Assembly: GCA_036478295.1 (NCBI GenBank)
Contig: JAZGDW010000201.1
Coordinates: forward strand, 1-34,557
Length of the DNA stretch: 34,557 bases
Origin: Candidatus Krumholzibacteriia bacterium
GTDB lineage: Bacteria; Krumholzibacteriota; Krumholzibacteriia; WVZY01
Direction of reading: 5' to 3'
Part shown: in pieces, positions 1 through 10,065 of the stretch
Layout: each line of letters opens with the position of its first letter
How positions within the stretch are numbered: position 1 is the stretch's first letter
Notes under the pieces: generated by a model
What the model was told of the DNA's origin: nothing
What the model saw: only the letters and a program-made list of their open reading frames with translations
Database searches by the model: none
Made by a program: the position numbers and the translations under genes

Positions 1-1032
1 CAGTGCGCCCGTGGAAATTCCGTGGTTGAGCATCTGGTAAATGGCCCCCTGAACCGCCTGCGTGTTCAGCATGAAGAGCCCCAACATGACGAAGCCGAGA
101 TGGGACACGGAGGAATACGCCACGAGCTTCTTCACGTCTTTCTGCACCATGGCCACCAGCGCCCCGTAGATTATACCGATGATGGCCAGGGCCGCGATGT
201 ACGGCACGGCTTTCATCGCCGCCGCCGGAAACAGGGGCATGGCAAAGCGGAGAAACCCGTATCCCCCCATCTTGAGCAGTACGCCGGCCAGGATAACGCT
301 GCCCGCCGTCGGCGCCTCCACGTGCGCGTCCGGGAGCCAGGTGTGAAACGGAAACATCGGCACCTTGATGGCAAAAGACACCGCAAAGGCGAGAAACAGC
401 AGCCACTGTGCCGTGTCACTCAGCTGAACTCCGTACAGACGGGACAGCTCGAACGTCAGCACGCCGCTCTGCTGCTTGTGCGTGTACACCAGAACGAGGA
501 TAGCGACCAGCATGAGAAGCGAGCCGAGCATCGTATAGATGAAAAACTTGACGGTCGCGTAGATCTTGTTCTCGCCGCCCCACAGACCGATGAGAAAGTA
601 CATGGGGATGAGCATCAATTCCCAGAACACATAGAACAGAAACAGGTCCAGCGAAACGAAGGCCCCGATCATCGCCGTTTCGAGCAGCAGCAAACATATG
701 TGAAATTCCTTCACGCGCTCACCAATCGCCCGGAAGCTGCTCAGCACGGCAATGGGCATGGTGAAGGTGACGAGAAGCACGAGAAACACGCTCAACCCGT
801 CGACGCCAACTTTGTAAGAGATACCCAGCGACGGGATCCATGCGACGTTCTTGACGAACTGCATGTCCGCTACCGGCTGGAAATGTGTGATCATCTTGAG
901 CGACAGAAAAAAGACGACCGCCGTCATGAAAAACGAAAAGGTACGAATGACGCCGTGCCCCGCCCTGGGAAAGGCGAGCAGCGCCAAGGCGCCGAATAGC
1001 GGCAGGAATGTGACGATACTAACTAGATCCAC
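1..1032 (-). CDS. nuoM: NADH-quinone oxidoreductase subunit M (3'-truncated by window edge)
   Basis: Absent from the ORF track because it has no stop in the window. My translation from GTG at 1032 (AGGGG upstream) gives MDLVSIVTFLPLFGAL...VGVDG...FWELMLIPMYFLIGLWG...PFHTWLPDAHVEAPTAGSVILAGVLLKMG.YG...AYSSVSHLG...QMLNHGISTGAL, all NuoM motifs. It follows nuoL. Confidence 0.95.
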   Translation of the reverse strand, partial: MDLVSIVTFLPLFGALALLAFPRAGHGVIRTFSFFMTAVVFFLSLKMITHFQPVADMQFVKNVAWIPSLGISYKVGVDGLSVFLVLLVTFTMPIAVLSSFRAIGERVKEFHICLLLLETAMIGAFVSLDLFLFYVFWELMLIPMYFLIGLWGGENKIYATVKFFIYTMLGSLLMLVAILVLVYTHKQQSGVLTFELSRLYGVQLSDTAQWLLFLAFAVSFAIKVPMFPFHTWLPDAHVEAPTAGSVILAGVLLKMGGYGFLRFAMPLFPAAAMKAVPYIAALAIIGIIYGALVAMVQKDVKKLVAYSSVSHLGFVMLGLFMLNTQAVQGAIYQMLNHGISTGAL

Positions 1033-1062
1033 TGGTTGTCCCCTGCTGGCGGACTCGCATCG

Positions 1063-3066
1063 CTAGCCCGCCAGCTTGAAAACGAGATACAGAATTCCGA
1101 ACAAAAAGAAAAGGGCATACGTCCTCACCAGCCCGGTCTGCAACAGGCGCGCCGCCGCCCCGAAGACGCGTGCCGTGATGCCGACGGCGTTGACCAGCCC
1201 GTCGATTACCCACACGTCGATTACTCGAAAGAGGAACCCGTTCGACAGCTTGAAGCCCGGATCGACGAGGGTTTTTTCGTATGCCTCGTCCACGAAGTAC
1301 TTGTTATAAACGAGCCGGTACAGTCCCGCGAATCTTTCGCCCAGGCGCGCTGGCACCATGGGCGCCTTGATGTACAGGCGATAGGCCACCACGATACCCA
1401 CAAGTCCCACGAGCACCGACGCCACCATCAGACCCAGCTCGAGGGCCCGCGATCCGTGCGCGACCCCGTGCGCGACGGCCTCACCGCCGTCCGCGCCCGC
1501 CGCGTGCCCGGCCAGTGGCCCGAGGGCCGGCGCGAGAAAATGGTGAAAATGATTCACGCCCCCCAGGACCGCCGGGATGCCGATATAGCCCGCGACGACG
1601 GAACCCAGCGCGAGGATGATGAGCGGCAGCGTCATGGTCGGCGGCGACTCGTGCACGTGGGCTTCGACGTCGGCCGAGTAGCGTTTCTCACCGAAAAAGG
1701 TCAGGAAAACCGCGCGAAAAATGTAGAAGGCCGTGATACCCGCGCTTACGAACAGCAGCGCCCACAGGAAACCGCCCAGCCACACCGGTCCTATCGAGGC
1801 GGTAAACGAGGTCCACAGGATCTCATCCTTGGAGAAAAAACCGGCCATCCCGGGCACACCGGCGATGGCGGCGCCGGCGATGAGAAAGGTAACAAAGGTA
1901 ATCTTCATGCGGCGGCGCAGTGAACCCATCTTGAACATGTCCTGCTCGCCGCTCATGGCGTGGATCACCGAGCCAGACCCCAGAAAGAGACACGCCTTGA
2001 AGAACGCATGTGTCACCAGGTGAAAAATGCCGGCGCTGAACGCACCCACGCCGACCGCCGCAAACATGTAACCCAGCTGACTCACCGTGGAGTACGCCAG
2101 CACCTTCTTGATATCGCGCTGGCAAACGCCGATGGTCGCCGCAAAGAGCGCCGTCAAGGCGCCGACAGTGGCCACGACCATCATGGCCACCGGGCTTTCC
2201 AGATAGAGAAATGACATCCGCGCCACCATGTACACACCGGCGGTGACCATGGTTGCCGCGTGAATCAGGGCGCTGACGGGCGTCGGTCCCGCCATGGCGT
2301 CGGGAAGCCATACATACAGCGGGATCTGTGCGGATTTCCCCGTGGCGCCAACGAAAAGCAGGATACAGGCGGCGGTCGCGGTGGCCGCAAAGGCCTCGGG
2401 GTGCTCGCTGACCATTTCACGCAGGCCGATAAAGTCGAGGGTCGGGTGCCCCGCTCCGCTCGACGCCACGAACAGGACGAACATCCCGATGAGGAATCCG
2501 AAATCGCCGATGCGGTTGACGATAAACGCCTTCTTACCCGCCGCCGCGTTGAGGAGGTCTTTGTACCAGAACCCAATCAACAGGTACGAGCAGAGCCCGA
2601 CGCCTTCCCAACCGACGAAGAGCATGGGCAGGTTCTTGCCCATGACCAGCACCAGCATCGAAAACATGAACAGGTTGAGATACGCGAAATACCGCGCGAA
2701 CCCCCGGTCTTTGGCCATGTAACCGACCGAGTAGATGTGGATCAGCGTGCCGACCCCGGTGACCACGAGCACCATAATGATCGATAGGGCATCGACCATA
2801 AACGCAAAGTCGATGTGGAGGCTGCCTGTTGCAATCCACGGGAAAAGCGTCTGGGTCACGACGCGCTGCTCGGGGTCGAGGTGGAGGAGATGGAAAAAAA
2901 GGAAGACGGCGGTGACGAACGATACCAGGGGCGCCAGCACGCCGATGAGTGATACCACGCCCTCACGCGGGCCGCTCTCACGCTTTGCGTACGAGATGGC
3001 GATGGCGCCGTTAACGGCGGCCCCGATCAGGGGAGAAAAAGGTATCAGCCACAGGTATCCCTGCAC
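1063..3066 (-). CDS. nuoL: NADH-quinone oxidoreductase subunit L
   Basis: 667 aa; GWEGVGLCSYLLIGFW, KAFIVNRIGD, GKSAQIPLYVWLPDAMAGPTPVSALIHAATMV, HAFFKA motifs; GTG start. Confidence 0.97.
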   Translation of the reverse strand: MQGYLWLIPFSPLIGAAVNGAIAISYAKRESGPREGVVSLIGVLAPLVSFVTAVFLFFHLLHLDPEQRVVTQTLFPWIATGSLHIDFAFMVDALSIIMVLVVTGVGTLIHIYSVGYMAKDRGFARYFAYLNLFMFSMLVLVMGKNLPMLFVGWEGVGLCSYLLIGFWYKDLLNAAAGKKAFIVNRIGDFGFLIGMFVLFVASSGAGHPTLDFIGLREMVSEHPEAFAATATAACILLFVGATGKSAQIPLYVWLPDAMAGPTPVSALIHAATMVTAGVYMVARMSFLYLESPVAMMVVATVGALTALFAATIGVCQRDIKKVLAYSTVSQLGYMFAAVGVGAFSAGIFHLVTHAFFKACLFLGSGSVIHAMSGEQDMFKMGSLRRRMKITFVTFLIAGAAIAGVPGMAGFFSKDEILWTSFTASIGPVWLGGFLWALLFVSAGITAFYIFRAVFLTFFGEKRYSADVEAHVHESPPTMTLPLIILALGSVVAGYIGIPAVLGGVNHFHHFLAPALGPLAGHAAGADGGEAVAHGVAHGSRALELGLMVASVLVGLVGIVVAYRLYIKAPMVPARLGERFAGLYRLVYNKYFVDEAYEKTLVDPGFKLSNGFLFRVIDVWVIDGLVNAVGITARVFGAAARLLQTGLVRTYALFFLFGILYLVFKLAG

Positions 3067-3070
3067 GGTT

Positions 3071-3373
3071 CTAGTCCCTCATCAGCCTGAGATCATCCGC
3101 CTGCACGGTGGAACGATTACGAAACAGCATCACCAGGATCGCCAGCCCGACGGCCGCCTCGGCGGCCGCGAGCGCCATGACAAAAAACGCGATGACGTGG
3201 CCGTCCATGCTCTGCGTGTAGCGGGCAAAGGTGACGAACGACAGATTGACCGCGTTGAGCATCAGTTCGATGGACATGAAGATCACGAGAATGTTCCGGC
3301 GGTAGAGCACGCCGAAGACCCCGGTAAAAAAGAGGATCGCGCTCAGAATCATATAATGATGAATCGTTACCAT
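3071..3373 (-). CDS. nuoK: NADH-quinone oxidoreductase subunit K
   Basis: 100 aa from ATG 3373; [19 protein letters not shown] and [10 protein letters not shown] motifs. Confidence 0.95.
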   Translation of the reverse strand: MVTIHHYMILSAILFFTGVFGVLYRRNILVIFMSIELMLNAVNLSFVTFARYTQSMDGHVIAFFVMALAAAEAAVGLAILVMLFRNRSTVQADDLRLMRD

Positions 3374-3386
3374 CGCGAGCACCGGT

Positions 3387-3881
3387 TCATATGACCTTTT
3401 TGGCCAGCAGCACCACTCCGACCACGGCAACGAGCAGCAGCACGGATATGATTTCGAATGGATACAGATAGTTGCCCAGCATCAGTTCGCCGACCGGCTC
3501 GATGTTGCCGAACGCCGGGTCCACCTCTGCCTGCAACGCCGGCAGCCCCCTGAACACGCGGATGAAGCCCAGCAGCCCCACGAGCGACGCGACGAGGATA
3601 ATGAGTCCCCTGATGCGACCCACTGGCGGCTCGCGCAGCTCCTCTTTCGACAGGTTGAGGAGCATGATGGTGAAGATGATCAACACCATGATCGCGCCGG
3701 CGTAGAGCAGGATCTGCAGGATGAACAAGAACTCGGCGTGCAGCATCGCGAACAACCCCGCCACCGACACCAGGCTGAGAATCAACGCGAACGCACCGTT
3801 GAGAGGGTTGCGGCGCGTGACCATGACCACCGCCCCGGTGACGGCCAGCGCCGCCAGTATGTAGAAAACGATCAGTTCCAT
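3387..3881 (-). CDS. nuoJ: NADH-quinone oxidoreductase subunit J
   Basis: 164 aa from ATG 3881 ([11 protein letters not shown]); [15 protein letters not shown] and [13 protein letters not shown] motifs. Confidence 0.94.
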   Translation of the reverse strand: MELIVFYILAALAVTGAVVMVTRRNPLNGAFALILSLVSVAGLFAMLHAEFLFILQILLYAGAIMVLIIFTIMLLNLSKEELREPPVGRIRGLIILVASLVGLLGFIRVFRGLPALQAEVDPAFGNIEPVGELMLGNYLYPFEIISVLLLVAVVGVVLLAKKVI

Positions 3882-3910
3882 TCTATTTTTGCGGATTCCA
3901 CAAGTCACAC

Positions 3911-5197
3911 CTACGACCGGAAACGGTCGATCAACACGAGCACCACACCGGTAAAGAATATGTTTGCGAACGCCAGCGGGATCAGACTCTTCCAACCGAG
4001 GCGCATCAGCTGGTCGTATCGGAACCTCGGCAGGCTCCAGCGCACCCAGATAAAAAACCAGCAGAAGAAAAGCAGTTTGCCGATGAACGCGCCGAACTGA
4101 GCGGCGGTGGCGACGGTCGCCAGGCCCCACGCGGGCAGCTCTTTTCCCCACAAGAAGACCAGCCCCGCCAGGTGTGCGGCGCACGCCACGAAGGCCACAA
4201 CGGCGAGGATCTTGCCTTCCTGGTCGCGCAGATCTCCCCAGTGCCCCAGGCGCTTGTCGTAACCCAGACAGAGCAGTCCCGCCACCAGCGACACCACGGT
4301 GCCGGCGCCCAGCAGGATCTTGAGCACCACGGGTGCGTGGGCGACGAGCTTTTCGGTGGGGAAATACGGCACCTGCCACCCGCCGAAGAAGAGCGTGGCG
4401 ATCATTGCAGACGCCAGGACGATGGCGACGTACTCACCCATATAAAAGAGCGCGAACCGAACACCGCTGTACTCCGTGTGATAGCCGGCGACGATCTCCG
4501 ACTCGCCCTCCGGCACGTCGAAGGGGTTGCGGTTGGTTTCCGCAAACGCCGCGACCATGAAGAGAATGAGTCCCAGCGGCTGGACGAAGATGCCCCACCG
4601 GGGCAGAAATCCGAAGAGCAGTTCTCCCTGCCCCCGGACGATCTCGTTCAGCTGCACGGAACCATACACCATGAAGATCCCCACTATGGACAGCCCCAGC
4701 GGTATCTCGTAGCTCACCATCTGTGCCGCGGAGCGCAGGCCGCCGAGAAGCGAATACTTGTTGTTCGAGGACCAGCCGGCGAGCACGATGCCGTAGACAT
4801 TCAGTGATGTGATGGCGAGGATGAAGAGCACGCCCCCGTTGAGCGTGGACACCTGCATCGGTATGTTCCAGTCACTGAAACGCAGGTTGTCCGCCCAGGG
4901 AATTACGGAGAACGCAAAGAGCACGACGGTGATGCCGAGGAACGGGGCGATGACGAAATACCAGCGGTTGACGTGGGAGGGTACCAACATCTCCTTCATG
5001 ACCAGCTTGACCACGTCGGCGATATTGTGAATAAACCCGCCCAGGCGCACACCGAGGACGGCCGCGCGGTTCGGCCCCACGCGGTCCTGGATGAACGCGC
5101 TGCCCTTGCGCTCGAACCAGATGAGCACAGGGATCATGGTCAGCGACAGTCCCCAGATAAATACGGCCTTTCCCAACCCGATCAAGTGTAGCTCCAT
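3911..5197 (-). CDS. nuoH: NADH-quinone oxidoreductase subunit H (long form)
   Basis: 428 aa from ATG 5197; ERK..AFIQDRVGPNR, SNNKYSLLGGLRSAAQMVSYE, AETNRNPFD.PEGESE, PRFRYDQLM.LGWK motifs. Confidence 0.95.
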   Translation of the reverse strand: MELHLIGLGKAVFIWGLSLTMIPVLIWFERKGSAFIQDRVGPNRAAVLGVRLGGFIHNIADVVKLVMKEMLVPSHVNRWYFVIAPFLGITVVLFAFSVIPWADNLRFSDWNIPMQVSTLNGGVLFILAITSLNVYGIVLAGWSSNNKYSLLGGLRSAAQMVSYEIPLGLSIVGIFMVYGSVQLNEIVRGQGELLFGFLPRWGIFVQPLGLILFMVAAFAETNRNPFDVPEGESEIVAGYHTEYSGVRFALFYMGEYVAIVLASAMIATLFFGGWQVPYFPTEKLVAHAPVVLKILLGAGTVVSLVAGLLCLGYDKRLGHWGDLRDQEGKILAVVAFVACAAHLAGLVFLWGKELPAWGLATVATAAQFGAFIGKLLFFCWFFIWVRWSLPRFRYDQLMRLGWKSLIPLAFANIFFTGVVLVLIDRFRS

Positions 5198-5199
5198 CC

Positions 5200-6825
5200 T
5201 CAATCCCTTGAAGGCAACGGCGCCTGGACAACCTGCTCCTGCAGGCGAACCCCGAACGGTCCGACGGCGTTCAGGTCGACCGCCGAAAACGCTGCTTCCT
5301 GTTCGCCGAGCGCGGCGCGCAAATCGGTCAGGTCGTCGAAGCCGTTTTCGCCGGTGACCGACGCTACGAGACCCATGATAATCTGCCACGGCGGCGTCCG
5401 GTCCCAGAGGTTATCCAGCGCGGGCGCGAGCTTCTGAATATGCCCCTGGAAATTGACGACCAGCCCGTCCTTTTCCGCAAAGGTCAAGCCGGGCACCAAC
5501 ACGCTTGCCCCCGCCGTGAGACTGCTCTCGCACGACGCCACGAGTGCGACCTTATTGAAATTTCCAAAAAATTCTTCCAGCTTCCCACCGATACCGTAGT
5601 CGAAACCGACGGCGAGGAGCACCGTCTCTCCGGAAACCTGCCCGATGGCCTCGGCGCCCTTTTCCCCACTGCCCTCGCGGAAGTCCACCAGCGGGATGTC
5701 GAGCAGTTCCGCTCCCTTGCGGTTGGGATGGCGGTCGCTGCGCCGCAAGAGATTATCCTGTTCGCCGTCGGGCACATGGCGGGCGGCATAGAGCGACGCC
5801 TCGGGCAGCACCGCGGTGAGTCTCTTGATGGCGTACATTTCCTCGAGCGTGCAGGTGGCCGAGGCGAGCATCACGACCGGCACCCGTTCCTGTCCCTGCG
5901 GGCCGCCGCCGATACCCAACAGGGCCCGCAGCTCGTTCACGGCGTTTTCGAGCGAACACTCGTAGCGTTCTCCTCCGCGCTCGACGACAGCGCACCGGAT
6001 GCGCCCCGTGTTCACAAATTTGTAGTTCAACCGCCCCGCATCACACATCCAGTAGCCGTTGACGTCGGGATTGTGCCGCGGCCGCAGCCGGTGAACGGTC
6101 TGGTCCTTCGCATCCACTGCGATCGCGCAACCCCGCGAACAGCTGGTGCACACCGAAGGTGTCCGCTTCAGAAACCAGGTCGGGATGGAAAAACGGAAGT
6201 CCTTGCTGGTCAACGCGCCCACGGGGCACAGGTCGACCGTATTGAGCGAGTAGGGACTGGTGACCTCTTTGCCGGGAAACGGCGTGAGAAACGCATCGTG
6301 GCCCCGGCCGGCGATGTACAGCTCCTCGCTTCCCGCCCAGTCGCGGAGAAAGCGAACGCACCGGTCGCACAAAACGCAGCGCTCCTGGTCGAGCACCATC
6401 GTGGGTCCGATATCGATGGCCTTTTTCTTTTTGAAACGCGGGAAGTCCTGGCGCGAGGTCTTCATGTCGTGCGCCATGTAATAGTCCTGCAGCGTGCACT
6501 CGCCCGACTTGTCGCAAATGGGACAATCGAGGGGGTGGTTCAAGAGCAGGAATTCCTCGACACCGGCGCGCGCGGCTTTGACCACCTGGCTGTCCGTGAC
6601 GACGTTGAGGCCTTCTGTGACCTGCGCGTTGCACGAGATGGCGAGGCGCGAACCGCGCTCCGACACGTACTCCACCTGGCACATGCGGCAGTTGCCATCC
6701 GGTCCGAGTCCCGGGTGGTAGCAGAAATACGGGATATCCATCCCGATCTCGTTCAAGACGTCGATCAGCCAGCGGCCCGCTTCGGCCTGGTACTCTTTCC
6801 CGTTTACAGTGATGGTAACGCTCAT
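5200..6825 (-). CDS. nuoG: NADH-quinone oxidoreductase subunit G (short, 541 aa)
   Basis: CYHPGL..DGNCRMC (N1b), HPLDCPICDKSGEC (N5), CVLCDRC...DLCPVGAL (N4), CTSCSRGC...CDAGR (N7) motifs. Confidence 0.93.
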   Translation of the reverse strand: MSVTITVNGKEYQAEAGRWLIDVLNEIGMDIPYFCYHPGLGPDGNCRMCQVEYVSERGSRLAISCNAQVTEGLNVVTDSQVVKAARAGVEEFLLLNHPLDCPICDKSGECTLQDYYMAHDMKTSRQDFPRFKKKKAIDIGPTMVLDQERCVLCDRCVRFLRDWAGSEELYIAGRGHDAFLTPFPGKEVTSPYSLNTVDLCPVGALTSKDFRFSIPTWFLKRTPSVCTSCSRGCAIAVDAKDQTVHRLRPRHNPDVNGYWMCDAGRLNYKFVNTGRIRCAVVERGGERYECSLENAVNELRALLGIGGGPQGQERVPVVMLASATCTLEEMYAIKRLTAVLPEASLYAARHVPDGEQDNLLRRSDRHPNRKGAELLDIPLVDFREGSGEKGAEAIGQVSGETVLLAVGFDYGIGGKLEEFFGNFNKVALVASCESSLTAGASVLVPGLTFAEKDGLVVNFQGHIQKLAPALDNLWDRTPPWQIIMGLVASVTGENGFDDLTDLRAALGEQEAAFSAVDLNAVGPFGVRLQEQVVQAPLPSRD

Positions 6826-6877
6826 CTTGCTTCCGTGTAATTCCCGCGTTCCGGGCGCTTGCGCCCGTTCCCCTTGA

Positions 6878-8167
6878 CTATGCGACTGCCGGCGCCCTCG
6901 CCGAATCGTAAGGGCAGCGTTTCTGTTTGACGTGTTCGTCGAATTCGTGCCTGAATTTTTCTATGTAGCTTCTCGCCGGTATGGCAATGGAGTCCGCCAA
7001 CACGCACACCGTCACCCCCATCATCATGGGACAGGTGTCGAGAATCTTCTCGATGTCGGATTGGTCGCCGTGCCCACTCTCCAGGCGCTCGGCGAGCTCT
7101 GATATGAAATACGTGCCCTCGCGGCACTGCGGGCACTGTCCACAGGACTCGTGGGCGTAGAAGCGCGCGATGACCCTCAGCGCCTTTACCACACAGTCGT
7201 CTTCGCCGAGGACCATAATGGCGCCGGAGCCGACCATCGATCCCGCGGCCGCTAGCGACTCGTAGTCGAGGTTCGTGCTCCCCGCCTCTTCCGCCGTCAG
7301 AATGGCCGCCGAGGACCCGCCGGGGATAACCGCTTTGAGCTTGCGCCCGCCACGGACCCCGCCGGTGCTCCGCTCGATGAAATCCCACAGGTTGACACCG
7401 AATTCTCCCTCGTAAACGCCGGGCCGCTCGACCGAGCCGCTGATGGAAAAGAGCATGGTCCCGGTACTCTTTTCGGTACCGAGTCTCGCGTAGGCCTCCC
7501 ACCCCTCATTCATAATGAAGGGGAGGGCGGAAAGCGTCTCTACGTTGTTCACGACCGTGGGGCATCCGAAGACCCCGATTACCGCGGGGTATGGAGGCTT
7601 GGCCCGTGGCTCGCCCTTTTTGCCCTCCAGCGATTCGATGAGTCCGGTTTCTTCTCCGCAGATATAGGCGCCGGCCCCTCTGTGTACGATCACGTCGAGA
7701 TCGAAACCCGATCCCAGGATATTCCTGCCGAGGTAGCCTTTCGCGTACGCTTCATCGATCGCCGCCTGGGTACGGATACGGGGCTTGGTGTACTCGCCGC
7801 GAATATAGATGTAGGTGGTGTGGATGCCAACGGCGTACGAGCAGGTGATGATTCCTTCTATCATGCTGTGCGGATCGAGCTGCAGGATCTTGCGGTCCTT
7901 GAACGTGCCCGGCTCACCCTCGTCCGCGTTGACACATAGATATTTCGGCTTGTCGATACTCTTGGGAACGAAGCCCCATTTCATCCCGGCCGAGAAACCC
8001 GCGCCACCGCGGCCCCGGAGACCCGACTTCTTGACGTGGTCGATGATCTCCTCGGGTTTCATCTTGAACACTTTTTCGAGCGAGCGATAGCCGCCAAGTT
8101 TCTCGTATACTTCGAGCTTGTGCGCGTCCGCTTTGTCGAAGTTCGTGCTGATAATCTGCTTGCTCAT
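6878..8167 (-). CDS. nuoF: NADH-quinone oxidoreductase subunit F
   Basis: 429 aa from ATG 8167 (MSKQII); SGLRGRGGAGF, NADEGEPGTFKDR, GAGAYICGEET, HESCGQCPQCREG motifs. Confidence 0.96.
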   Translation of the reverse strand: MSKQIISTNFDKADAHKLEVYEKLGGYRSLEKVFKMKPEEIIDHVKKSGLRGRGGAGFSAGMKWGFVPKSIDKPKYLCVNADEGEPGTFKDRKILQLDPHSMIEGIITCSYAVGIHTTYIYIRGEYTKPRIRTQAAIDEAYAKGYLGRNILGSGFDLDVIVHRGAGAYICGEETGLIESLEGKKGEPRAKPPYPAVIGVFGCPTVVNNVETLSALPFIMNEGWEAYARLGTEKSTGTMLFSISGSVERPGVYEGEFGVNLWDFIERSTGGVRGGRKLKAVIPGGSSAAILTAEEAGSTNLDYESLAAAGSMVGSGAIMVLGEDDCVVKALRVIARFYAHESCGQCPQCREGTYFISELAERLESGHGDQSDIEKILDTCPMMMGVTVCVLADSIAIPARSYIEKFRHEFDEHVKQKRCPYDSARAPAVA

Positions 8168-8187
8168 GGTCTTCTTAACCTGGCAGC

Positions 8188-8730
8188 TCAATGCGGCTGC
8201 ATCGGGTCCTCTTCGAGCTGGGTGCCGGCCTTGCAGCTCTCTATTATCTTGTCCACCTTCTCGAGGGTGAGGTTTTCGCAGTACACGTCGTTCACGCGCA
8301 TGACCGGCGCGGTCCCGCACGAGCCCAGGCACTCCACGAGCTCCAGGCTGAACATGCCGTCATCCGTTTTCTCACCGGGATGGAGGCCGTGCTTCGCCGC
8401 CAGGTGCCGCTCGATGCCCTCCATGCGGCACAGCGTGCACGAAAGGGTCCGGCACAGCTGAATGTGATAGCGGCCCGGCGGCGTGCGATGGTACATGGTG
8501 TAGAACTCGACCACCGCGTAGACGTGCACGGGGGAGAGCTCGAGACGCTCTGCCACGTACTCGAGGATGGCGTCGGTCAGGTAGCCGTTCTGCTCCTGCG
8601 CCAGCCATAGCGCGGGCAGGAGCACGGCCATCTTGGTGGGGTATTTCCCCAACGTCTCCTGAAACTTCCGTTCCGTTTCCTCGTTGAACGCGAACGGTTC
8701 CCCCGTCCGCTCTTCGACTTGCTCACTCAC
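8188..8730 (-). CDS. nuoE: NADH-quinone oxidoreductase subunit E
   Basis: 180 aa; CRTLSC and ECLGSC..AP 2Fe-2S (N1a) ligands. Confidence 0.95.
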   Translation of the reverse strand: MSEQVEERTGEPFAFNEETERKFQETLGKYPTKMAVLLPALWLAQEQNGYLTDAILEYVAERLELSPVHVYAVVEFYTMYHRTPPGRYHIQLCRTLSCTLCRMEGIERHLAAKHGLHPGEKTDDGMFSLELVECLGSCGTAPVMRVNDVYCENLTLEKVDKIIESCKAGTQLEEDPMQPH

Positions 8731-8781
8731 GTCGATCCCTCTTGATTATGTGCAGAAGAGTGGTGCCGGAATACGTCGCGA

Positions 8782-10065
8782 TTACCGGTCGAGTTCACCG
8801 GCAATGATGTTCAGCCCCCCAAGAATGGCCACAATATCGGCCATCATACCGCCCTGTATCATTTTCTTCAACGCGTTCATCGTGTAAAAGCACGGCGGCC
8901 GGCACTTGATACGGTATGGATGCTGGGACCCGTCACTCACGATGTAAAACCCGAGCTCGCCGTTGGGAGCTTCGATCGCGTCGTATATTTCACCGGCGGG
9001 CGGCTGGATTCCTTCAATAATCAGTTTGAAATGATTGATCAATGCCTCCATCGAGTTGTGAACGTCCTCCTTGGGTGGAAGCATTATATCCTTGTCATCG
9101 ATGTTGATGGGCCCGCCCGGGAGGATTTTCAACGCCTGCTCGACGATGCGCAGGCTCTGCTTCATTTCCTCCACCCTGACAAAGATCCGGTCGTAGCAGT
9201 CACCGTGCTCGCCCAGGGGTACATCGAAATCGAACTCGTCGTAGTGGTAATACGGCCTTTTCTTGCGGAGATCAAAATCGACGCCGCTCGCCCGCAGGCA
9301 CGGACCGGTGAATCCGTAGCTGACTGCGTCCTCGGCACTCATCACTCCGATATCGCGACAGCGGTCTACGAAGATACGGTTGCGCCTTACCAGCCCACTG
9401 ACGTCGGCGATGGCCTTGGGGACTTCGCTCAGGACCGCCTTGACCCGGTCCTCGAACCCTTCCGGCAGATCCCACGCCAGCCCGCCGACACGCACATAGG
9501 TATAGGTCAGTCGCGCCCCGGTCAGGGCCTCCAACAGGTTGTTCAACTGCTCGCGCGCGTTGAAGAAATACCAGAAATTAGTGAGCGCCCCGATATCCAC
9601 GAGGTTGGCGCCGACGCAAATCATGTGGTCCATGATGCGCTGGATCTCGCAGACGATGACACGGATTATCTCGGTGCGGGGTGTAATCTGAACGCCCAGC
9701 ATGCGCTCGACGGCCTTGCAGAAACCCACATTATTGACCAGGCTGCTGCAGTAATTCAGACGGTCCGTGTAGGGGATGACCTGTGTATATTGCTTCGTCT
9801 CGACGATCTTCTCGAAACCGCGGTGAAGATAGCCCACCTCCACGGCGGCCCGCTCGATGGTCTCACCGTTGATCTTGCAGAATATGCGAAACGTCCCGTG
9901 CGTCGCCGGGTGTGTCGGGCCGACATTGATATAGAGCGGTTCGGTATCGAGATCCTCGAGCGTGGTCTCGTCCACCTCTTGCGCCCGCGCGATTATCTCC
10001 TCGTCGGTCACCGAAAGAGTCTTGTCTGTTCTTGCATCGGACATAACAGGTCGCCCCGTGTTCAT
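8782..10065 (-). CDS. nuoD: NADH-quinone oxidoreductase subunit D
   Basis: GPTHPATHG, GYLHRGFEK, DRLNY, C-terminal GELDR; the ATG overlaps the nuoC stop (ATGA); alternative start at 10044. Confidence 0.96.
   Translation of the reverse strand: MNTGRPVMSDARTDKTLSVTDEEIIARAQEVDETTLEDLDTEPLYINVGPTHPATHGTFRIFCKINGETIERAAVEVGYLHRGFEKIVETKQYTQVIPYTDRLNYCSSLVNNVGFCKAVERMLGVQITPRTEIIRVIVCEIQRIMDHMICVGANLVDIGALTNFWYFFNAREQLNNLLEALTGARLTYTYVRVGGLAWDLPEGFEDRVKAVLSEVPKAIADVSGLVRRNRIFVDRCRDIGVMSAEDAVSYGFTGPCLRASGVDFDLRKKRPYYHYDEFDFDVPLGEHGDCYDRIFVRVEEMKQSLRIVEQALKILPGGPINIDDKDIMLPPKEDVHNSMEALINHFKLIIEGIQPPAGEIYDAIEAPNGELGFYIVSDGSQHPYRIKCRPPCFYTMNALKKMIQGGMMADIVAILGGLNIIAGELDR

Noticed and set aside
6852..6867. 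Small hairpin CGGGCG-4 nt-CGCCCG between nuoF and nuoG
   Set aside because: 6-bp stem without a U-tract inside an operon; too weak to call a terminator.
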